A DNA stretch of 64,000 nucleotides from Clostridia bacterium (GTDB lineage Bacteria; Bacillota; Clostridia; TANB77; CAG-508). The position numbers and the translations under genes are program-made. Shown in pieces: positions 56,552 to 63,319 of the stretch. The notes below the pieces were generated by a model. It searched no databases, was not told the DNA's origin, and saw nothing but the letters and a program-made list of their open reading frames with translations. Numbering within the stretch: position 1 is the stretch's first letter; every line of letters begins with the position of its first letter. The DNA lies in the NCBI GenBank assembly GCA_017510245.1, contig JAFWNQ010000010.1, forward strand, positions 7,178 through 71,177. The letters run 5' to 3'.

Positions 56552-56992
56552 TCAAATACCAAGTACACCTAAGTTAGCCATATTTTCTGCAATTTGTTCA
56601 GCAGAAAGATTTTCACTACTATTGTATTTTTTCCATTCTTCCTTGTTCCATATTTCAATACGTGTTCCAACTCCAGTAATTACTGTTTCTTTATCAAGTG
56701 ATGCATATTCTCGTAAATTGCTTGGTATCAAAAATCTACCTTGTTTATCAACTACTTCTTCAACAGCACCTGATAGAAAAAATCTTACAAAATCTCTGGC
56801 ATTTTTGTTTGTTAATGGCAAAGTTTTTAGTTTTTCTTCAAAGTTGCTCCACTCAGATTGTGAAAATCCGAATAAACAACCATCTAATCCTTTAGTGATT
56901 ATGAACTTTTCTCCTAAATCCTCTCTAATTTTAGCTGGTAAAATCATTCTTCCTTTAACGTCTAGAGAGTGCTCATATTCTCCAATAAGCAA
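56552..56992 (-). CDS. mraZ: Transcriptional regulator MraZ
   Basis: (M)[23 protein letters not shown]... and a second SpoVT/AbrB-like repeat ...[15 protein letters not shown]... TTG start behind gggaggtga. This is the only CDS in the window that ends in TGA. Confidence 0.9.
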   Translation of the reverse strand: MLIGEYEHSLDVKGRMILPAKIREDLGEKFIITKGLDGCLFGFSQSEWSNFEEKLKTLPLTNKNARDFVRFFLSGAVEEVVDKQGRFLIPSNLREYASLDKETVITGVGTRIEIWNKEEWKKYNSSENLSAEQIAENMANLGVLGI

Positions 56993-57008
56993 TATCGTTC
57001 ACCTCCCA

Positions 57009-57034
57009 CCACTTTTCACCACTTTGTTCCACTT
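57009..57034 (-). promoter_or_regulatory. Three phased AAGTGG direct repeats (candidate MraZ operator)
   Basis: Plus-strand CCACTT at 57009, 57019 and 57029, exactly 10 bp apart. On the transcribed strand: gAAGTGGaacaAAGTGGtgaaAAGTGGtggGAGGTG, running into the RBS. Confidence 0.6.
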
Positions 57035-57041
57035 CAGTTAC

Positions 57042-57070
57042 ATTGTAATACAACAAAATAAAAAATGCAA
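57042..57070 (-). promoter_or_regulatory. Candidate sigma-A promoter of mraZ (Pmra)
   Basis: On the minus strand: TTGCAT (57070-57065), 17 nt, TACAAT (57047-57042). The predicted start lies just upstream of the AAGTGG repeats. Confidence 0.5.
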
Positions 57071-57113
57071 TAGTTTTTATAAAAAATTTTTTGTTTTTTA
57101 TATAAACTATTGC
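57067..57113 (-). terminator. AT-rich long hairpin/terminator after the GGDEF operon, overlapping the mraZ -35
   Basis: gcaatagttt ... aaactattgc outer 10-bp arms with an inner A/T pairing, followed by a T-run on the transcribed strand. Confidence 0.5.
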
Positions 57114-57231
57114 TAATCACTATTTATACTTGATTATAGCGTTTTATTTTTTTGTCCACAGCTCCGCTTTTCGAGAAACTTTGTTTCTCTGCTCTCGCTG
57201 TGAAGCATAACTCTAAAGCTCACTTTGTTCG

Positions 57232-58167
57232 CTAAGAGTTATGCTTTCTTCGATCTATGACATATGTACTGCCAAAAATTGTTTTTGCTAAATGCTTTAC
57301 AGCTGCTCCCGCTTCTCCAATTTCAAGAGTGTTTTTAAATCTCTCACATGTAACCTCAACTGCACCAATAGATAAAGATGTTAAAGGAAATTGTTCAATT
57401 ATTCCTCTTCTATTTTCTACTTCTATGTATCCTCTCTCGTTATCCTGCTCGGTAAAGTACTTGTTAACTTGCTTATCAAATTCAGCTATAATATTCTGGC
57501 ATATTCTTTCATAATCTTCGGTTTCAACTATAGCTATAAAATCATCTCCTCCAATATGCCCTACAAAATTTTCATCTTTTTCATCATTTAAAACATTTTT
57601 TGTAATTATTCTGGCAGTAAATTTGATGATTTCATCTCCCTTTGAAAATCCATATGTATCATTATAAGCCTTGAAGTTGTCTAAATCTAAGTATAGCATT
57701 GCAAATCTTTTGTTATTTACAAGTCTTTTTTTCATTTCAGCCTGTATCTGTACGTTTCCTGGTAGTCCAGTTAAAGGACTTACCATTCTATTTGTATTTA
57801 ACAGTCTTAATATATTCTTAATACTATAATATAATATTTGATCATTTATTGGCGATTGTAAGTACATTTCTACGTCATTTTTTAATACATCTATTACATG
57901 TTCTGTTTCAGTATTTGATGAAATTACAATTATAGGAGTTTTTATTGTATCAACATTATCTCTAATTTCTTTGCAAATATCTATAATGCTTTGACCTTCC
58001 GTTAGTGAGTCTTCATTAATTACTAAAACTTCAGGTATATATCTCAATATTTTTTGAAAATTTTCAATTGAATGTTGCTTTATTCTAATTCCCTTGTCTT
58101 TCTTGAAATCGAGAGCCAATTCTTCTTTTAAGCCTTCGCTATCATCCAATAAATATATATTTTTCAT
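57232..58167 (-). CDS. Receiver-like domain fused to a GGDEF domain (GGDDF variant)
   Basis: N-terminal REC-like fold (LLDDSE..., VLVINEDSL, VISS, but YLQSP instead of the K-P motif). C-terminal PLTGLPGN...LDLDNFKAYND...GHIGGDDFIAIV. Confidence 0.8.
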   Translation of the reverse strand: MKNIYLLDDSEGLKEELALDFKKDKGIRIKQHSIENFQKILRYIPEVLVINEDSLTEGQSIIDICKEIRDNVDTIKTPIIVISSNTETEHVIDVLKNDVEMYLQSPINDQILYYSIKNILRLLNTNRMVSPLTGLPGNVQIQAEMKKRLVNNKRFAMLYLDLDNFKAYNDTYGFSKGDEIIKFTARIITKNVLNDEKDENFVGHIGGDDFIAIVETEDYERICQNIIAEFDKQVNKYFTEQDNERGYIEVENRRGIIEQFPLTSLSIGAVEVTCERFKNTLEIGEAGAAVKHLAKTIFGSTYVIDRRKHNS

Positions 58168-58182
58168 TTTTTCACACCCTTC

Positions 58183-59244
58183 TTATATATTAGCACTAAT
58201 TTCCTTTGTCGCTTTTAATCCATTAACATTTATAGCAGTTGCACTTATTTCGTGAGTTCCAACATCAACTGGAATTTTAGCAGTTATCTCTTTATTATTT
58301 TCAGTATCCTGCTCGGTTGTGTTACCATCAATTGTTACTTCTAGTTTTTTTATTCCTTCATCATCTTTAACATTTACAACAATATTATTTCCTTCTGTTG
58401 AAATTGATACCTCTGGCTTGGTGTCTCCAATTATAGACTTATTAATTGTTGTTCTATTGTCTTCGCCATCCACTGCTATCACTGTTAATTCATTCTTTCC
58501 TTGCATAACTTCTATTTCAATTTGAGCTTCTTTTTGATCTTGTTGCATCTCATATTTAAAATCTTCACCATCGTTCCATCTATATGTTACATAAGCTAGT
58601 TTTGTTTCATCAGCTATAGATATAATAAGTTTTGTGCCAGAACCTGCTATGTCTATCGTTGGTTTTGTTACATCTGTACTTTCATAAATATACTGTCTCT
58701 GATAGCGTGTTTTATTTCCATAACAATCAACTACTGTCATAATAAGAATATTATTTCCATTTGGAACATCTATTGTATGAATTAGTTTAGATGTTCCATT
58801 ACTCTTAATTTCAGTATCTTCACCATCATTCCACCTGTACTTCATTTCTTTAATTGGTTGCTGAGTTTCAACAGTAATAGTTACTTCTTTTCCCATTTTT
58901 TCCAGACTTACTGTTGGAATGTCTTTTGGTTTATTATCACTCAAATTTAATGCATATACAGAATTAGCTATAATACCAATTCCAAACAAGATAATAATTA
59001 TTGCAAAAACCCTCGTAATCGTATCAATGCTTAGTTTTTCATAAACTTGATTTTTTTGATAATAGTATTTATTATAATTCTTTTGTTTGTCGATGTAATT
59101 TGAATTATAGTTATTTTGCCTATTTCTATAATTTGAATTATAATTCTGCTGTTGATTTCTTCCATTATAGTAATAATTATTATGATACTTATTATTATTC
59201 TTTTTATTAGGCTCTTTGTCATGATTTGATAAAATCTGGTTCAT
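58183..59244 (-). CDS. Single-pass membrane protein: N/Y/Q-rich cytoplasmic head plus extracellular Ig-like repeats
   Basis: aa 1-65 are almost only N, Y, Q, K and R. A TM (VFAIIIILFGIGIIANSVYAL) follows, then repeats containing (K/T)YRWNDGED. The stop is 15 nt from the GGDEF start. Confidence 0.55.
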   Translation of the reverse strand: MNQILSNHDKEPNKKNNNKYHNNYYYNGRNQQQNYNSNYRNRQNNYNSNYIDKQKNYNKYYYQKNQVYEKLSIDTITRVFAIIIILFGIGIIANSVYALNLSDNKPKDIPTVSLEKMGKEVTITVETQQPIKEMKYRWNDGEDTEIKSNGTSKLIHTIDVPNGNNILIMTVVDCYGNKTRYQRQYIYESTDVTKPTIDIAGSGTKLIISIADETKLAYVTYRWNDGEDFKYEMQQDQKEAQIEIEVMQGKNELTVIAVDGEDNRTTINKSIIGDTKPEVSISTEGNNIVVNVKDDEGIKKLEVTIDGNTTEQDTENNKEITAKIPVDVGTHEISATAINVNGLKATKEISANI

Positions 59245-59319
59245 TACTACATAATCCTTTGTTTTTTAGATATATTATTTACATTTTGTATTATAACATA
59301 CACATTTTTTAATGTAAAG

Positions 59320-62300
59320 TTACAATACATATTTCCTGATTAGCAATACTCCTATTCCAACAATAACTAACACTATTGCAATGCCTCCTATAATTATCAT
59401 TTTTTTATTCTGTTCTCCTGCAACAGCAGTAATTGCTACAGATGCACTTTTGATGTCATCTTCTGCATCTTCTTTATTATTTGGATTAGAATCATTATCT
59501 TCCGAATTTGATTCGTTTAATACTTCTGTGATTTCAGCAATATTTGTCTTCACCCCTATATTGCTTTCTTCATTATTCCATGTAAGAATAATGTCAACTG
59601 TCTTCGTCTCTCCTGGTTTAATAACCTGAGTTTTTAATTGGTTTGTTGTAATCAAGCCATCTTTTTCTTTCCACTTAACATTATCTGCTTGGTTGAATTT
59701 TAACCCATCTGGTAAAAAGTCTGTTATTTCTGATGCTGTTCCATCAATTTCACCTTCGTTAGTTATTTCTATTAAGAACTTATATTTTATAATTGTATTT
59801 TCTAAGTCTTTATCAGTAATTGAAACATTAATTACTGAATCTTGACTATTTGGACTTGTCGACTCCGTTTTGTTTGCTTTTTCTTGTCCTTCTTCTATTG
59901 TCATTACTTCATCAACTTTCATATTTAAAGATAAGTCAAAAATCTTTATATAGATTTTTTCTTCATCTTGATCATCTTCACCATCTTGCCAACTATTTGG
60001 TGAAGAGTCTATGTCGCTTACTTTTCCTCCATCTGCATCAGTAGTTTTAATAATCTGAGCTTGTGATATAACAGTTCTGTCTCCTTCGGGTTTAGAGTTC
60101 TTAACTCTTAGTGATACTTTTATATCTTTATAATTAAATTCTTCTTCGCTATTAAAAGCTTTTATAAGATTTTTATTTTCTTCATCGCTTTCTTTTCTAG
60201 CTAGATAGTTACTTTTTAAGTATGTTGCTTTTTCTATATCATCTGTCTTTTTTCCATTTTGATCATACATTTTCCAACTGTACTTTTGGTTTGTTTCGTT
60301 ATCTGGTATAAATTCCATACCTTCTGGAATATTATTACCTATCTGAGCTGCGTATCCATCCTGGGTTCCTTCGTTATAAACTCTAATCGTATATGTTATA
60401 ATATCATTTTTGCAAACTTTGATTGCTTCTTTGTTATGGTTATAATTAAATGTTGTATTTAGTTTATTATCTACATTCTCTCCATAGTTTGATGTATCTA
60501 CTTCTGGAATTCTATCTGTTATTTCTTTTCCATTAACATCAGTTATGAAATATCTTAATGCAAAATCAAACTTTTCTAGTATAATTTTATCAAAATCATC
60601 ATCATCTTCCTGCCCTTTATAGTAGTAATTGCTATCTGATAATTCAGCCTTATTAGATTCATTTCCTCTATAATTTTCTAGATCCTTATCTGAAGGTATT
60701 GACACATTTGATTTATTGTCTCTATCAGCAAGATTAGCAGAGTTGCTACTTTTATTTATTTCAGTTACGCTAGTTATTTCTCTTAAAGCAGGAGCTGTAC
60801 TTTTAACTTTGCACTTTAATTTAAGTTCTTTATAATTTAGCTTGTCTGATTGATTATCAAACGACTTTATAATATTGTCTTCATCATTTTCTTTAGAAAA
60901 CAAAGTAGATTTTAAAGTTCTTTGAGTTACATCTGTAGTATCAATTATCCATCCGTTCTTTGCATTAAATTCATCATTTACGTATTCCAAATCTTCTGGC
61001 AAATGATGCATTATTTCATCAACATATCCGTCAATTTGACCTTCATTATATATCCTTATTGTATAGGTTATTATATCTCCAGCTTCTACACTAACAGGTG
61101 ATTTTGATCCATTGTAGTTTGCTGTACCTCCCCCGCCTAAAATTGGTGATACATCAACTTTTGGTTCTCTTTCATATTGGATCATATTTCCTGTTGTGTC
61201 TTGTACTTCAGATATAAATGTTTTAAGTGCCAAGTCAAAGTATTTTCCTACTACAATTATTTCCTCATAGTCATCATCATCTTCATATCCTTTACCTTCA
61301 CTTGACGTTCCAGGATTGTAATCATTTCTTTGTTCTCCAGTTAAGCTATTTATGTTTGAATCTCTATCAGGCGTGTTTTCTAAATTAGAACTGCTTATAA
61401 TCTCTGCAATTGCCTTTAATGATGTATCTGTTGTTTGCGTAGTAGATTTAACTCTACACTCTAAATTTATATCCTTGTAATCTACTTTATATTCATCTTC
61501 ATTTACAGTTTCAATTGGTTTTAGTTCTTTATCACTTAAATAATTCGAAATTAGAATACTACTGTTTTCTTCATATTTATTCCATTTGAATTCTTTATTT
61601 ATTTCACTATCTTCTATGAATTCTAAACCTTCCGGCAAAAATTCAACAATCATATCTGCATTTCCGCTAATTTGACCTTCATTGTAAACTCTAATTGTTA
61701 ATAATACTTTATCTCCTGTAGCAACAGATAGTCCATTTTTTTTGGTTTTCTTTACAAGAGTTGTTCCGCTATCTAATGTTGATTTACCCTCTGCTAAGTC
61801 TTTTAAATCAGTCTTCTTGTATTCTGGTTCTCTTGATTTTTCAGGTTTAACATCATTTACCGTATTAACAAATTGTCTTAAAGCTAAATCAAAGCTAGTC
61901 TTAAGAATAGACTTAGAATCAAATTCACTATTCTTTTTTGATTCATTTTTTATAAAAACAATTGGCTCACTACTTCTAATTGTATTTGCATTTGTACTCC
62001 AATAAGTAATCTTCTTAGTATTATAATTTGTATCAACTTTAATGTTTATGCTATTTGCGGATGTTGTTGTTGGTACTGAAATATAAAAGTTCTTTCCTAA
62101 ATTAGAAACAATTTTATCATTAATATTATTTCCTACTAATTCTTGTTTTGAATCTTCTCCTAATAATTTTACATCTCTTATTTCACTTTTTCCATCACTT
62201 ATAGATACATTTAATGTGCAATTAGCTTGTGCTAATGAAATGTTATATGGTCCTATTACATAATTTTCGCCATATACTTCTGCACGAGCACCTTCTTTAT

Positions 62301-63084
62301 TAAAGATGATTGGTGATTTTGCTATTTCGTTCTGATAATTATATCCATTTTCTGTAGCTGTTTTAGCACCATCAATTAAATATCTATATAGTTTATTAAT
62401 TGGACTTTCGCCATTTTGAAGATTCATTTCGCTCAAATTAATTGCATTTGTTAAATCATTTGATACATATAATTGTAAATAGTCTGTTGGATGATATTCA
62501 CCAACCTGGTTTGTATAATACCATATTGCAGACTGTTGTATCGATTCAATTATATCTTTTTCTATATCCTCTGGATTATACTTCTCTATTTCATATTTTT
62601 TAAAAATATTTGCTTCTAGCCCAGCAGATGCCAACAATGCTTGTTTAGAAAGATCATTTTCTGGAATGCACATATTATTCATAATCCATGCCAAAGCATT
62701 ATATGTATTGATATCTGATGGTAAATTAGATTTATATGCATTATTTATTCTTCTGTATTCTCCCCAGTCAAAATATTGATTATACTTTTCTACCTTTTGT
62801 GTATTATTCGCTGAAGAAATACCTGTTCCATTTTTTATTGAATAAATTCCTGTTCCATTATTAGATACTTTTTCTACAGTTCCTTGGTTATTTGTTTGTA
62901 CTATTTTAGCAATAGGTTTTACTGAGTTTGTAGTTGTTACAAAATAGTATCCTGTTTTTCTTCTCTCTGCTTTATTGTGTAGTGCAAAGTTTTTTCCAGC
63001 TGTATCTACAGAAGCATAGTTAGTATTACTTAAAAATATTAAAATTGGAATTAATAATAAAAATATTTTTAATTTTATCTTCAT
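59320..63084 (-). CDS. Giant surface protein: signal peptide, ~400-aa head, four DUF11-like repeat modules, C-terminal hydrophobic anchor (no LPXTG)
   Basis: Modules start FDLALRQF / FDLALKTF / FDFALRYF / FDLSLNMK. Each contains ...TIR(V/I)YNEG(Q/T)..G... and ...D(R/I)DS.P....EDD.D. The protein ends ...AITAVAGEQNKKMIIIGGIAIVLVIVGIGVLLIRKYVL. Confidence 0.7.
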   Translation of the reverse strand: MKIKLKIFLLLIPILIFLSNTNYASVDTAGKNFALHNKAERRKTGYYFVTTTNSVKPIAKIVQTNNQGTVEKVSNNGTGIYSIKNGTGISSANNTQKVEKYNQYFDWGEYRRINNAYKSNLPSDINTYNALAWIMNNMCIPENDLSKQALLASAGLEANIFKKYEIEKYNPEDIEKDIIESIQQSAIWYYTNQVGEYHPTDYLQLYVSNDLTNAINLSEMNLQNGESPINKLYRYLIDGAKTATENGYNYQNEIAKSPIIFNKEGARAEVYGENYVIGPYNISLAQANCTLNVSISDGKSEIRDVKLLGEDSKQELVGNNINDKIVSNLGKNFYISVPTTTSANSINIKVDTNYNTKKITYWSTNANTIRSSEPIVFIKNESKKNSEFDSKSILKTSFDLALRQFVNTVNDVKPEKSREPEYKKTDLKDLAEGKSTLDSGTTLVKKTKKNGLSVATGDKVLLTIRVYNEGQISGNADMIVEFLPEGLEFIEDSEINKEFKWNKYEENSSILISNYLSDKELKPIETVNEDEYKVDYKDINLECRVKSTTQTTDTSLKAIAEIISSSNLENTPDRDSNINSLTGEQRNDYNPGTSSEGKGYEDDDDYEEIIVVGKYFDLALKTFISEVQDTTGNMIQYEREPKVDVSPILGGGGTANYNGSKSPVSVEAGDIITYTIRIYNEGQIDGYVDEIMHHLPEDLEYVNDEFNAKNGWIIDTTDVTQRTLKSTLFSKENDEDNIIKSFDNQSDKLNYKELKLKCKVKSTAPALREITSVTEINKSSNSANLADRDNKSNVSIPSDKDLENYRGNESNKAELSDSNYYYKGQEDDDDFDKIILEKFDFALRYFITDVNGKEITDRIPEVDTSNYGENVDNKLNTTFNYNHNKEAIKVCKNDIITYTIRVYNEGTQDGYAAQIGNNIPEGMEFIPDNETNQKYSWKMYDQNGKKTDDIEKATYLKSNYLARKESDEENKNLIKAFNSEEEFNYKDIKVSLRVKNSKPEGDRTVISQAQIIKTTDADGGKVSDIDSSPNSWQDGEDDQDEEKIYIKIFDLSLNMKVDEVMTIEEGQEKANKTESTSPNSQDSVINVSITDKDLENTIIKYKFLIEITNEGEIDGTASEITDFLPDGLKFNQADNVKWKEKDGLITTNQLKTQVIKPGETKTVDIILTWNNEESNIGVKTNIAEITEVLNESNSEDNDSNPNNKEDAEDDIKSASVAITAVAGEQNKKMIIIGGIAIVLVIVGIGVLLIRKYVL

Positions 63085-63128
63085 CGTATAAACGCTTTCT
63101 CCCTAGTTAAATATAATAATTCTCATTT

Positions 63129-63157
63129 ATTATATATAAACAACTTTCAAAAGTCAA
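63129..63157 (-). promoter_or_regulatory. Consensus-like sigma-A promoter of the 1254-aa surface protein gene
   Basis: On the minus strand: TTGACT (63157-63152), 17 nt, TATAAT (63134-63129). Confidence 0.6.
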
Positions 63158-63279
63158 TAGAAATTATGGTAAATGAAAAAAGCAAAACTCCTTCCATTTT
63201 AATCCACAGTTTACCAAATAGCTAAATTAGACCGTGTATTTTAATTTCATTATGTTTTCCATAATTTAGTGCTTCAAAA

Positions 63280-63304
63280 AGAGGGCAACTATTAGCCGCC
63301 CTCT
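63280..63304 (-). terminator. Intrinsic terminator after the upstream surface-protein paralog
   Basis: GC-rich stem agagggc / gccctct followed by ttttg on the transcribed strand. Confidence 0.7.
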
Positions 63305-63319
63305 AATTAATTATATTTA

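Noticed and set aside
63085-63319. c-di-GMP riboswitch (GEMM-I/II) upstream of the adhesin genes, the pilin-like gene (23314-23477) or the GLUG gene.
   Set aside because: The 5' UTR from the consensus promoter at 63129-63157 is only ~40 nt. None of the upstream regions contains the GC-rich conserved cores of these riboswitches, as far as I can recognise by eye.
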